A stretch of DNA of 64,000 bases from Clostridia bacterium (GTDB lineage Bacteria > Bacillota > Clostridia > CAKSNL01 > HGM11501). Positions 9,842 to 19,720 of the stretch are shown piece after piece. The stretch covers positions 64,001 through 128,000 of the forward strand of contig JAZQAZ010000020.1 in NCBI GenBank assembly GCA_045545475.1, given 5' to 3'. The notes beneath the pieces are model-generated. The model was given only the letters and a program-made list of their open reading frames with translations. It was not told the DNA's origin and did no database searches. Positions within the stretch are counted from its first letter, which is position 1, and each line of letters starts with the position of its first letter. The translations under genes were made by a program, and so were the position numbers.

Positions 9842-10070
9842 AGTTATATTTGCCTTTGGCAAGTTTATATTGCTGCACAGTTATATTCGGATTACACCGA
9901 GTGATATTGTGCTTCGCACAGTTTAATGGCAAATATAATATCACTTTTACTCTGTAAAAATATCACTCCAACGAAGTTGGAATATCACTAAAATAACCTG
10001 CATCTATTGTGAAATGCACTTTGTGCGTGAAATATTGCTTCGCAATATGAAATACGCCTGCGGCGTGTGG
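9842..10070. repeat. Composite array of constant-motif plus variable-hairpin units (AGTKATAT / ATATCACT / GTGAAAT)
   Basis: About 4 AGT(T/G)ATAT units, 3 inverted ATATCACT units and 3 (G/A)TGAAAT units, most separated by different 4-6 bp hairpins. Confidence 0.7.
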
Positions 10071-10090
10071 ATTTATACCATATATAGTTT

Positions 10091-10115
10091 GTAGGGAAGG
10101 GGCTTGCTCCTTCCG
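10091..10115 (+). repeat. GTAG-type REP-like palindrome
   Basis: GTAG-GGAAGG-ggcttgct-CCTTCC; close copy at 22793-22817. Confidence 0.6.
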
Positions 10116-10238
10116 GAAGATGTAAATTAATAGGCTATGGCTGAAGAAAGACGGCTTTTTTTAGAAAGTGGTCTTTTTTATTTTTAGTGCTTGATTTATC
10201 TCTTTGCTTGTGCTATACTGCATTCCGAGGTGACAGAA

Positions 10239-11468
10239 ATGGACAACAATAAAAGAGTTAAGCTTGGTTGCTATTGGACCAATATTTCAATGTCTGTGGT
10301 GGGAAATATTTCGCCAATACTTTTTCTTACCTTCAGGGAGCTTTACGGAGTATCGTTTTCACTTCTGGGGCTTTTGGTGCTTGTTAATTTTTGCACACAG
10401 CTTACAATTGATTTGATATTTTCGTTTTTTTCGCATAAATTCAATATTGCAAAAACAGTTAAGCTGACACCTGTAATTACGGTGGCAGGACTTCTCATAT
10501 ATTCGCTGTGGCCTGTTATAAGCCCTGAAACAGCTTTTGTTGGTATAGTTTTGGGTACGGTTGTGTTCTCATCTTCGGGAGGCCTTTGCGAGGTTTTAAT
10601 AAGTCCTGTAATAGCTGCAATTCCTGCAGACGATCCCGACAGGGAGATGAGCAAGCTTCATTCAATTTATGCCTGGGGCGTGGTGGGCGTTGTCATTTTC
10701 TCAACGGCTTTTCTTCTTCTTTTCGGAGCTGAAAACTGGTACATACTTTCTCTTATTCTTACAATAGTTCCTATATTTGCGGCAGTATTGTTTGCAGGGG
10801 TAAAAATTCCCGAAATGGAAACTCCCGAAAAAGTAACCGGAGCATTGAAGCAGCTTAAAAACAAAACGCTCTTAACCTCGGTTTTTGCAATTTTTCTTGG
10901 CGGTGCAGCAGAGTGTACTATGGCACAGTGGTGCTCGGGTTACCTTGAAGAGGTAACTAAAATTCCCAAGGTGTTTGGAGATATATTCGGAATGGCACTC
11001 TTTTCCCTTATGCTGGGACTGGGAAGAAGCTTGTACGCAAAAATAGGAAAGAATATAAACAAGGTTCTTCTTATGTGCTCAATTGGGGCAACTCTTTGCT
11101 ATTTCACAGCGGCAGTTTCTCCGTTCCCCGTAATTACACTGATAGCCTGTGCACTTACCGGATTTTGCACATCTATGCTTTGGCCGGGAAATTTGATTGC
11201 GGCATCTGACAGAATGCCTCACGGAGGAGTATTTTTATATGCCATGATGGCATCGGGAGGAGACCTGGGAGCATCGGTCGTGCCTCAGATGCTTGGAATA
11301 GTCACCGATGCGGTAATGGAAAATGAGGCTCTTGTGAGCCTTGCATCGAAAATGGGGCTTGAAGCAGAGCAGCTCGGAATGCGATGCGGAATGCTTATCG
11401 GTATGCTTTTCCCGCTTATGGCAATCCCTGTATTTATAAGCTTTATGAAAGAAAAAAAGAAGGCGTGA
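10239..11468 (+). CDS. MFS transporter
   Basis: About 12 hydrophobic segments; ATG at 10239 preceded by GAGGTG RBS and TATACT -10. Confidence 0.85.
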   Translation: MDNNKRVKLGCYWTNISMSVVGNISPILFLTFRELYGVSFSLLGLLVLVNFCTQLTIDLIFSFFSHKFNIAKTVKLTPVITVAGLLIYSLWPVISPETAFVGIVLGTVVFSSSGGLCEVLISPVIAAIPADDPDREMSKLHSIYAWGVVGVVIFSTAFLLLFGAENWYILSLILTIVPIFAAVLFAGVKIPEMETPEKVTGALKQLKNKTLLTSVFAIFLGGAAECTMAQWCSGYLEEVTKIPKVFGDIFGMALFSLMLGLGRSLYAKIGKNINKVLLMCSIGATLCYFTAAVSPFPVITLIACALTGFCTSMLWPGNLIAASDRMPHGGVFLYAMMASGGDLGASVVPQMLGIVTDAVMENEALVSLASKMGLEAEQLGMRCGMLIGMLFPLMAIPVFISFMKEKKKA

Positions 11469-11503
11469 AAAATCCCCGGGATGTTACATTCCGGGGATTT
11501 TTA
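11469..11503 (+). terminator. Intrinsic terminator
   Basis: AAAATCCCCGG..CCGGGGATTTT hairpin plus T run. Confidence 0.75.
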
Positions 11504-11574
11504 ATGCGGTTTCTATTGAAATGGCCGAAGGTTTATGGTAAAATGAAAATGCTTATATTTAAATAAGGATACGA

Positions 11575-12351
11575 ATGAAAAGGATAATGGAAATGGGAGA
11601 TAGTAAGAACCGTATGTCAAAGACGAGAAGGATATATTTTTTAAGACTTATCGGAAGAATTGTTGTATTTGCCATTGCGATTCTTACATATATATTTGAT
11701 ATTGATACATTTGAAATTGCAAAAGGATGGAACTTTTTCAAGGAGCCTTCGCTGCTTCATCTTTTGTGGTTTGTATGGATGTGCGATATGATATTGCAGC
11801 TTATCCCGGTTAAATCGCATATATCTATAGGTTCTCAAAAAGTGTTTGAGTCGCTTTTTAAGCCGATAAAGGAAAAAGTTAATTATAAAAATTTAAAGCA
11901 GTATATAAAAGATACTAGTGCAACCGCATACAAAGTTATGCTTATCTGGATTACTCTGACTGTTTGTATAAGCTTACTTTACTTATATGGAGTTATTGAT
12001 GCCGGAATGATGGTGCTGTTGTCAACGCTTTTTTATGTGTGCGATTTGATATGTGTCCTTATCTGGTGTCCGTTCAGGCTCATAATGCATAATAAGTGCT
12101 GTACAACTTGCAGAATATTTAATTGGGATCACCTTATGATGTTTTTACCAATAATAGCAGTAAACAGCTTTTTCACCTGGTCACTTATTATATTTGCATT
12201 TGCTGTGTGGCTTATATGGGAGTTATGCGTGCTTATATATCCTGAAAGATTTTGGGAAAACAGCAATATGGCTCTTCGATGCTCGGAATGCACAGATAAG
12301 CTTTGCACGCAATACTGCAGAAAATTAAGAACAAAAACTTTGGAAAAATAG
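11575..12351 (+). CDS. Hypothetical integral membrane protein with Cys-rich motifs
   Basis: 258-aa ORF with RBS, about 6 TM segments, CDLICVLIWCPF, CCTTC and CSECTDKLC motifs. Confidence 0.75.
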   Translation: MKRIMEMGDSKNRMSKTRRIYFLRLIGRIVVFAIAILTYIFDIDTFEIAKGWNFFKEPSLLHLLWFVWMCDMILQLIPVKSHISIGSQKVFESLFKPIKEKVNYKNLKQYIKDTSATAYKVMLIWITLTVCISLLYLYGVIDAGMMVLLSTLFYVCDLICVLIWCPFRLIMHNKCCTTCRIFNWDHLMMFLPIIAVNSFFTWSLIIFAFAVWLIWELCVLIYPERFWENSNMALRCSECTDKLCTQYCRKLRTKTLEK

Positions 12352-12421
12352 ATTCTTGAATACATAATAAAATCTTCCAAAAAAGTTAAGGCGGAATTTT
12401 TAAAGTGACAGGAGTGTTTTT

Positions 12422-13510
12422 ATGGATCACAATGAAAGACCGGTTTATCATTTTAAGCCGGAAAAGGGATGGATAAACGATCCTAACGGACTGGTCTATT
12501 TTAATGGGTATTACCATGTTTTTTATCAGCATTGTCCGAATTATGAAAAGCCCAAACTGGAGCCTGTGCATTGGGGCCATGCAAGAACAAAGGACTTTTT
12601 GACATGGGAAGAACTGCCCATAGCTCTTTCGCCGGACAAATTCTATGACAGCGAAGGTTGCTGGTCGGGAACAGCAATTGTAAAGGATGATATACTTTAT
12701 CTTTTCTACGCTTCCGTGACAACTGGAACTTGTCAGTCTGTCAGCGTTGCATATTCAAAGGATGGTATAAATTTTGAGAAGTATGAAAAAAATCCTGTTA
12801 TAGAAACCTATCCCGAAGACGGAGGCCCGGATTTCAGGGATCCTGCTGTTAGCTTTATAGACGGAAAATACCGCTTGGTCATGGCAACAGGACATCCCGA
12901 AACTAAAAAAGGCCGCCTGCTTATATATGAAAGTGAAGATTTGCTTAGCTGGAATTACGGTGGAATAATAAGAGAATGGGATAATACTATCTATGCAGAA
13001 TGTCCTTCGTTGATAGATGAGGGAGAACGTGTTTTGCTTGCGGCGTCTGTGTGTCTGGTGGGATGGAAGCATTATTTCAGCGTGATGTACGGTAAGTTTG
13101 AAAACGGAGTATTTAAGGAATTTTTAAGTGGAAATGTGGACAGAGGTCCCGATCAGTATGCCGGACAGATATTTCGGGATCATAAAGGCAGGAGCCTTCT
13201 TATAACATGGATTCCCGGATGGGACTATCAGGGTTACGCCGAGAAAGATGTTGGCTGTATGTCAGTACCGCGTGAGATGTTTACAAAGGACGGAAAGATA
13301 TACGGTTATCCTGTAAAAGAAGTCAGGCATTTGCTTACAGACAGCGATCCTTTACTTAAAATGACCGAAGAGGGTTTTGAAATTGAGAGAACAGGCAGAG
13401 AAAATGTAGTCCATAAAGGTAAGATTGATGATATAAAAATTCTCCATGACAAGTATATAATGGAAGTTTTCGTAAATGGCGGAGAAACCATTTATACGGT
13501 TTTATTGTAA
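12422..13510 (+). CDS. Glycoside hydrolase family 32 (beta-fructofuranosidase/sucrose-6-phosphate hydrolase-like)
   Basis: Catalytic motifs WINDPNG, WGHA, WSGT, FRDP and EC; no signal peptide. Confidence 0.93.
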   Translation: MDHNERPVYHFKPEKGWINDPNGLVYFNGYYHVFYQHCPNYEKPKLEPVHWGHARTKDFLTWEELPIALSPDKFYDSEGCWSGTAIVKDDILYLFYASVTTGTCQSVSVAYSKDGINFEKYEKNPVIETYPEDGGPDFRDPAVSFIDGKYRLVMATGHPETKKGRLLIYESEDLLSWNYGGIIREWDNTIYAECPSLIDEGERVLLAASVCLVGWKHYFSVMYGKFENGVFKEFLSGNVDRGPDQYAGQIFRDHKGRSLLITWIPGWDYQGYAEKDVGCMSVPREMFTKDGKIYGYPVKEVRHLLTDSDPLLKMTEEGFEIERTGRENVVHKGKIDDIKILHDKYIMEVFVNGGETIYTVLL

Positions 13511-13532
13511 TTGGAAGAAAGGAAGTAAATCC

Positions 13533-14174
13533 ATGACAGAATGGATAAGATATATACTTGAGATCGCAGGAACAATCGCCTTTGCGATTTCGGGGGCACT
13601 GGTTGCAATAGGTGCAGGACTTGATCTTTTCGGAGTAATATTCATAGGTGCCGTAACCGCAGTTGGCGGAGGAATAATGCGGGATATTCTGCTTGGAATA
13701 AATCCTCCTTCGGCACTTACTAATCTTACATGGATAGGTCTTGCGATATTTGTATCGCTGGCGGTTTTTGCTGCGGCATATATAATGAGAGAAAAATTTA
13801 ATTCCGTAAAGAGTAAGATAGAACATATTAATAACATCTTTGATGCATGTGGTCTGGCAGCATTCACGGTTACAGGAGCGGAGGTTGCGATTGCAGCAGG
13901 ACATTCGGATAACTTCTTTATCCCGGTGCTTCTGGGAATGATAACCGGTGTCGGTGGGGGAATATTCAGGGATATTCTGACAGATACCACGCCTTATGTG
14001 CTTAAAAAGCACGTTTATGCATTGGCTTCAATAGCAGGCGGACTTTTGTATTATTTCTTAAGCAGATCGGGACACGGGATCGCTGTGGCCGTTGCCATAG
14101 CAACAGTTGTAGCCATAAGGCTTCTTGCTACAAAATACCACTGGAGTCTTCCTAAATTACACATTGAAGAATGA
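13533..14174 (+). CDS. Trimeric intracellular cation channel family protein (UPF0126/YadS-like)
   Basis: Duplicated motifs GTIAFAISGA..TAVGGGIMRDILL / FDACGLAAF..GVGGGIFRDIL; ATG after AAAGGAAG. Confidence 0.9.
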   Translation: MTEWIRYILEIAGTIAFAISGALVAIGAGLDLFGVIFIGAVTAVGGGIMRDILLGINPPSALTNLTWIGLAIFVSLAVFAAAYIMREKFNSVKSKIEHINNIFDACGLAAFTVTGAEVAIAAGHSDNFFIPVLLGMITGVGGGIFRDILTDTTPYVLKKHVYALASIAGGLLYYFLSRSGHGIAVAVAIATVVAIRLLATKYHWSLPKLHIEE

Positions 14175-14205
14175 AAAAAAGTCAGGCAAAGCCTGACTTT
14201 TTATT
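14174..14205. terminator. Bidirectional terminator between convergent genes
   Basis: AAAAAAGTCAGGC-aaa-GCCTGACTTTTT. Confidence 0.8.
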
Positions 14206-14222
14206 TTACTTAAAAGTATTAT

Positions 14223-15290
14223 TTATTTCATTATGTGCTTATTTTGTGTCTTAACCATACTGATTGTTCTCATGATAGATAAGATGTCTTCGTCGGTAAT
14301 GGGGAACTCGGCACCTTCTACATAAGAATCGTAAAGGTACTGCCAGAAGCTTGCCATAGTAGTTCCGCCTGCAACAGCTTCAAATTCTTCTTCAATCCAA
14401 TTAATGGTGAATCCCGATTCGTAAGTGCCGGTTTTTCCGAAAGCGGCACCGGGAGTTTCGGGGCTTGAGATTATTTCGGGAATTTCCTGTGCAGGATCGA
14501 TATAACGAAGTCTGATTTTTTCGTTATCGAAAAAGGCGGCACCTCTGTCACCGTAAACCTCGTAATATCTGCCGCGGTTAATTGCCATACCGCCGCTTAT
14601 GCACATATTTACAACTCTGTCATTGTCACCGATAAAACGGATGCGCAAATGGTCTTCACAATCACCGCCTGCGGCTACATGATGAAGATAACTCTGCATT
14701 TCAAAGGAGGACGTTCCTAAAAGTTTAAGGGACTGGTCGATAATGTGGGGGCCCCAGTTAAGGAGCTGTCCGCCACCAAATGAGGAAATTGTCTGCCAGT
14801 CATCTCTGTGCTGGAAGTCATTCTGCTCGGTGTTGATTTCATAAATTCTGCCAAGCTTACCTGAATTTACTATATCCATAATTTTCATGAATGCATCTTC
14901 AAAACGTCTTTGCTGATGAACGAAAAGCCTCGGAGTACCTTCCTTATTTGCATATTTATATAAGTCGAGAATTTCTTCATAGGAAATGGTTGCGGGCTTT
15001 TCGAGAAGGACATCCTTTCCTGCTTTAAGGGCCATAAGAGCGTGCTTGTGGTGGTCGCAGGAGCGGGTTGCAACATAAACCATATCTATGTCATCCTGCT
15101 TAAGCATTTCTTCATATTCAGAATATGTCTTACATCCAAAGGTGTTTGCCATTCTGTTACGGCGTTCTTCAATAAGGTCGCAGGCTGCAACAATTTTATA
15201 CTTATCGGAATAATATTTGCTGATTTCTCCGTTTGCCATGGGCCAGCCGATTCGACCTATACCAACGATAGCTATGTTAATTACTTTCAT
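14223..15290 (-). CDS. Gfo/Idh/MocA family oxidoreductase
   Basis: Rossmann motif IAIVGIGRIG, LLEKP, GGGQLLNWGPHIID. Confidence 0.9.
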   Translation of the reverse strand: MKVINIAIVGIGRIGWPMANGEISKYYSDKYKIVAACDLIEERRNRMANTFGCKTYSEYEEMLKQDDIDMVYVATRSCDHHKHALMALKAGKDVLLEKPATISYEEILDLYKYANKEGTPRLFVHQQRRFEDAFMKIMDIVNSGKLGRIYEINTEQNDFQHRDDWQTISSFGGGQLLNWGPHIIDQSLKLLGTSSFEMQSYLHHVAAGGDCEDHLRIRFIGDNDRVVNMCISGGMAINRGRYYEVYGDRGAAFFDNEKIRLRYIDPAQEIPEIISSPETPGAAFGKTGTYESGFTINWIEEEFEAVAGGTTMASFWQYLYDSYVEGAEFPITDEDILSIMRTISMVKTQNKHIMK

Positions 15291-15306
15291 AAAAATGCTC
15301 CTTTTC

Positions 15307-16095
15307 TTATTTCATTTCGGGGAATTTATTTATTACGTTGTCAAAGCTTCTTTTAAGGCAGTCGAACGGGTCTTCGTCATAAGTGAAGTCCTGCTCAACG
15401 AGAGCATATTCACATCCTGCATTATAAAGGGCTTTTATGTAGGAATCATAATCAAGTATTCCCTCGTATATTGGACGAAGATATACTGGAACATTGTTGC
15501 AGCTTCCGTCCTCGGGAAGAGGCTTGTAGTCCTTTAAGTGAATTATTGGAAGACGTCCTTTAAGGTTATTTATAAGCTTTACAACGTCGCTTTGGGCGTG
15601 GGCTGCCCAGCCTAAATCTAGGGTGAAGCCCAGTGCATCTTCGGGGAAATCTTCTGCGATACGCTCTATTACGTCAAATCCATCGAGCTTATCAAATTCA
15701 AACCAATGGTTGTGATACATAAGTTTTGCCCCCATATCACGCATTTTAAGGGCGGCGGGAAGAAAGATTTTCTTGAATTCTTTGTATCCCTCAAGGCTTC
15801 CTCTCATTTCATTGGGCATACCGCCGATACCGATGTGATTGCAACCGAAAATTCTGTGATCTGATACAACCTTTTCCGTTTCCTCTGAAATTCTCTTTGG
15901 ATCAATGTGGGTAAGAACGCATTTTAAATCATTTTTCGCAAGTTTGTCACTGAGCCACTCGGGTTCGTAAGCACAGGTACCTGAAACCTGAACCACCTTA
16001 TAACCCATTCCGGCGACTTTTTCAAGGCAGTTTTCAAAGCCCTGAAGTGTGGTGGTCTGGCGAAACAATGTGTAAAGCTGTGCACCTATCTGCAT
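15307..16095 (-). CDS. Sugar phosphate isomerase/epimerase (xylose-isomerase-like TIM barrel)
   Basis: IGAQLYT, YHNHWFEF, LDLGW, HLKD and VEQD motifs. Confidence 0.9.
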   Translation of the reverse strand: MQIGAQLYTLFRQTTTLQGFENCLEKVAGMGYKVVQVSGTCAYEPEWLSDKLAKNDLKCVLTHIDPKRISEETEKVVSDHRIFGCNHIGIGGMPNEMRGSLEGYKEFKKIFLPAALKMRDMGAKLMYHNHWFEFDKLDGFDVIERIAEDFPEDALGFTLDLGWAAHAQSDVVKLINNLKGRLPIIHLKDYKPLPEDGSCNNVPVYLRPIYEGILDYDSYIKALYNAGCEYALVEQDFTYDEDPFDCLKRSFDNVINKFPEMK

Positions 16096-16268
16096 AATAT
16101 TACCTCCTTAAATAGCTAATACAAGCGTATATTACACCATTGATTTTTTTAAGTCAATAGTAAATTGTTTCCTTTTTTATATTGCAAATTGTGCCATTTT
16201 GTGGTATAATATTAGAAAATATATTATGGTCTTTTAAAACTTCGGAAAACAAATTAAGAGGAGAAAAA

Positions 16269-17126
16269 ATGCTTGTTAAAAGATTCGGTCATTGTTATAT
16301 AGAAGATATCTCTTTCGGACACAAGGTGGCAGAACCGCCACTAAAAAAAGACGGTCTGCATACTCACGAAATGTGCGAAATATACTGTGCTTTCAAAGGT
16401 AGCGGAAGGTATATAATCGAAGGCTCGGAGCATAAGATTGAAAAAGGAAAACTGATTTTAATGCGCCCGGGTGAATTTCACAGAGCACATCTGGATGAGG
16501 AAATGTATGAAAGCCTGGTGATAAATTTTCCTCCGGTGTTAGTTGATTCATTTGACCCCGAAAGGAAGCTTTTGAGACCGTTTTTTGATAGGCCGCTCGG
16601 AAAGAATAACGTATATTTAAGACAAAATGTGGCAAACACTGTTATATACGAACTTTTTAATAGAATGGATGAGTGCAGTGGCGATAATTACGATAACGGC
16701 ATAAAGGTTAAGGCACTCCTGTTTTCGGTTCTTATGGAACTTAATTCACTTTTTGATGCAAAGCTGTACGAAGAGGTTAAAGTTAAAAACAAGCAGGCAT
16801 CGGAAATTTCAGAATATATAAATTCTCATCTTACCGAGGCTTTGTCCATAGAAAAATTGTGCACTAAATTTTTTATAAGCAGGACACAGCTTAACAGAAA
16901 ATTCAAAGAGGCAACGGGAACTTCGGTATGGGAATATGTTACGGCTAAAAGACTTATGATGGCAAGAAGTATGATACTTGGCGGAACGGGAAGCGTCGAG
17001 GCGGCAGCAAGCTCCGGATTCGGAGATTATTCCGCTTTTTACAGAGCATACACTAAAAAGTATGGCGTAAAGCCTTCGGATAAAACTGATACGATAAAAT
17101 ACAACCTGAAAGAGGAAATGTTATGA
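16269..17126 (+). CDS. AraC family transcriptional regulator
   Basis: Cupin HTHEMCE..PGEFH plus C-terminal double HTH (GFGDYSAFYRAY). Confidence 0.9.
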   Translation: MLVKRFGHCYIEDISFGHKVAEPPLKKDGLHTHEMCEIYCAFKGSGRYIIEGSEHKIEKGKLILMRPGEFHRAHLDEEMYESLVINFPPVLVDSFDPERKLLRPFFDRPLGKNNVYLRQNVANTVIYELFNRMDECSGDNYDNGIKVKALLFSVLMELNSLFDAKLYEEVKVKNKQASEISEYINSHLTEALSIEKLCTKFFISRTQLNRKFKEATGTSVWEYVTAKRLMMARSMILGGTGSVEAAASSGFGDYSAFYRAYTKKYGVKPSDKTDTIKYNLKEEML

Positions 17127-19720
17127 AAAAATTCCTTATTATTGACGGAAACAGCATAATGAACCGTGCCTTTTACGGCATAAAGCTTCTCACGAATTCT
17201 GAGGGGCTTTACACCAATGCGGTTTACGGTTTTTTAAATATTCTGTTTAAGAATATTGATGCGATAAATCCAGACTATATAGCAGTTGCCTTTGATCTTA
17301 AGGCTCCCACTTTCCGCCATAAGCGTTATGCGGAATACAAGGCTCAGAGAAAGGGGATGCCGGAAGAACTTTTTATGCAGATGCCAATTATCAAAGAGGT
17401 TCTTTCTGCGATGAACATAGTAATCCTTGAAAAGGAAGGCTATGAGGCAGACGATATAATCGGAACAATGGCAAAAAGATGCGAAGATTCCGGTATTGAA
17501 TGTGACATTGTAACAGGGGATAAGGACGATTTGCAGCTGGCAAGCAGCACAACAAAGGTATACTTAACCGTAACATCCAAGGGGCAAACTTCAACGGACA
17601 TTTATGATGAGAACGCAGTTTATGCAAAATACGGCGTTACTCCTAAAGAATTTATTGATGTCAAAGGTCTTATGGGAGATACTTCTGACAACATCCCGGG
17701 AGTTGCAGGAATTGGTGAAAAAACGGCATTTGCTCTTATAGGCGAATATAAGAGTATTGATGCGGTTTATGAAAATATTGAGACTGCAAAGCTTGGTCCC
17801 TCCGCAAAGCAAAAACTTGTTGCGGGTAAGGATATGGCTTATTTGAGTAAGGAACTTGCAACAATTGATATAAATAGCCCTATTGCAGAAACTGTTGATG
17901 AGTGTGCGGTTTCAAAATACAACAACGAAGCTCTTTTGAGCCTGTTTACACGTTTGGAATTTAAGAGCTTTATAGAGCGTTGTAAGGTGGAAACTGTATC
18001 TGAGAAAAATCTCATTTCTGCAAAAGAAATTACGGATGAATCGGAACTTAAGGGTATTTTATCAGGTATTGATGAATTTTGCTATTATCTTTTTAAAAGA
18101 GATGGGTTGCCTTGTGCAATTGCCTTTTTAAAGGGTGATGAGGTATATTATAGCGAATTTTCTGTTTCTGCATATAAGGATGTTTTTGAAAATGAAAACA
18201 TTCCTAAAATTTCTCACGGCATAAAAGAGGATATTGTAATTTTGAATAAGCTTAATGTGGAATATAAAACTTATGCTTTCGATGCCGAAATAGGTGCATA
18301 TATTTTAGATCCTACGGCATCGGATTATAAGCTTTCACGCCTTTCCATGGCATATCTTTCCCGTCTTACAGAGGATTTTGAAGACAAGAAATCTGTTTTA
18401 ATTAACGACAATGAAAGAAAGCTTGAGCTATCTGCAGATGCTGTTATGGCAGTAAGAGATTTGAGAAAGACTCTTTTGGAAAAAATAAAGGAAAACGGGC
18501 AGGAATTTTTACTTTACGAGGTGGAACTTCCTTTAATCAGCGTGCTTGCTGATATGGAAATAACAGGCTTCACAGTTGATGCAAAAATGCTTGAGGCTTA
18601 TGGAAAAGAGCTTGAACTTCGTATAAAATCCCTGGAGGACAGCATTTACTTTATGGCAGGAGAGGAGTTTAACATAAACTCTCCCAAGCAGCTTGGAACA
18701 GTTCTGTTTGAACATTTAAGCCTTCCTGTTATAAAGAAGACTAAAACCGGTTATTCCACCGATGCAGAAGTTTTGTCGGAGCTTTCGGGAAAATATCCGA
18801 TCGTCGAATCGATTCTCGAATACCGCCAGATGGCAAAGCTTAAAGGAACGTATGTTGACGGAATGCTTCCATTAATCGGTGAGGACGGAAAGATTCATTC
18901 GACCTTCAATCAGACCGTAACCGCAACGGGAAGAATAAGCTCTGCAGAGCCGAATTTACAGAATATACCCGTAAGAATGGAAGAGGGAAGACGTCTTCGT
19001 AAAATGTTTACCGCAGACAGCGAAAATGAGATTTTAATTGATGCGGACTATTCACAGATTGAGCTTCGTGTGCTTTCACATCTTTCAGGGGACGCTGCGA
19101 TGCAAAAGGCCTTCCTTGACGGAACTGACATTCACAAAAGATGTGCATCGGAAATTTTTGGTGTTCCCGAAGATGAGGTTACCGAGTCCATGCGTCGTCG
19201 TGCAAAGGCGGTAAACTTTGGCATAGTTTACGGAATAAGTGAATTCGGTCTCGCAAAGGATATTCACGTTACCCGTGCGGAGGCAAAGCGATACATGGAG
19301 GCGTATTTTGCAACCTATCCTAAAATAAAAGCCTTCATGGATAACACAGTGGCAGAGGCAAAGGTGGACGGAATAGTTAAAACCATGTTCGGTCGCCGTC
19401 GCTATATTCCCGAAATTTTATCAGGAAACTTCAACACCCGCTCTTTCGGTGAACGTGCGGCAATGAATACTCCGGTTCAGGGTACTGCGGCAGATATAAT
19501 AAAAATAGCCATGGTAAGGGTAAGCAAGGCCCTTTCTGAGGAAACGGAAAGATGCCGCCTTATATTGCAGGTACATGACGAATTAATCGTTTCAGCACCC
19601 GTTAATGAGGCGGATAAAGCTGAAGAAATTTTAGTAAGGGAAATGGAAAACGCTGCAAAAATTGCAGTTCCGCTCCTTGCGGATGCGGGCCGCGGCTTTT
19701 CCTGGTATGATGCAAAATGA
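17123..19720 (+). CDS. polA: DNA polymerase I
   Basis: 5'-3' exonuclease (IIDGNS..RAFY, EADDIIG, GDTSDNIPGV) and PolA motifs (DADYSQIELRV, RRRAKAVNFGIVYG, LQVHDEL). Confidence 0.98.
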   Translation: MKKFLIIDGNSIMNRAFYGIKLLTNSEGLYTNAVYGFLNILFKNIDAINPDYIAVAFDLKAPTFRHKRYAEYKAQRKGMPEELFMQMPIIKEVLSAMNIVILEKEGYEADDIIGTMAKRCEDSGIECDIVTGDKDDLQLASSTTKVYLTVTSKGQTSTDIYDENAVYAKYGVTPKEFIDVKGLMGDTSDNIPGVAGIGEKTAFALIGEYKSIDAVYENIETAKLGPSAKQKLVAGKDMAYLSKELATIDINSPIAETVDECAVSKYNNEALLSLFTRLEFKSFIERCKVETVSEKNLISAKEITDESELKGILSGIDEFCYYLFKRDGLPCAIAFLKGDEVYYSEFSVSAYKDVFENENIPKISHGIKEDIVILNKLNVEYKTYAFDAEIGAYILDPTASDYKLSRLSMAYLSRLTEDFEDKKSVLINDNERKLELSADAVMAVRDLRKTLLEKIKENGQEFLLYEVELPLISVLADMEITGFTVDAKMLEAYGKELELRIKSLEDSIYFMAGEEFNINSPKQLGTVLFEHLSLPVIKKTKTGYSTDAEVLSELSGKYPIVESILEYRQMAKLKGTYVDGMLPLIGEDGKIHSTFNQTVTATGRISSAEPNLQNIPVRMEEGRRLRKMFTADSENEILIDADYSQIELRVLSHLSGDAAMQKAFLDGTDIHKRCASEIFGVPEDEVTESMRRRAKAVNFGIVYGISEFGLAKDIHVTRAEAKRYMEAYFATYPKIKAFMDNTVAEAKVDGIVKTMFGRRRYIPEILSGNFNTRSFGERAAMNTPVQGTAADIIKIAMVRVSKALSEETERCRLILQVHDELIVSAPVNEADKAEEILVREMENAAKIAVPLLADAGRGFSWYDAK

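Noticed and set aside
9680-9904. 74-aa ORF over the tRNA
   Set aside because: It overlaps the promoter, tRNA-Leu and terminator; spurious.
9842-10070. CRISPR array
   Set aside because: Constant parts are only 7-8 bp, variable parts are short self-complementary stems, orientation flips midway, and no cas genes are present.
13356-14012. 218-aa and 162-aa minus-strand ORFs, and the many other short overlapping ORFs in the track
   Set aside because: They lie antisense or out of frame to well-supported genes and lack motifs.
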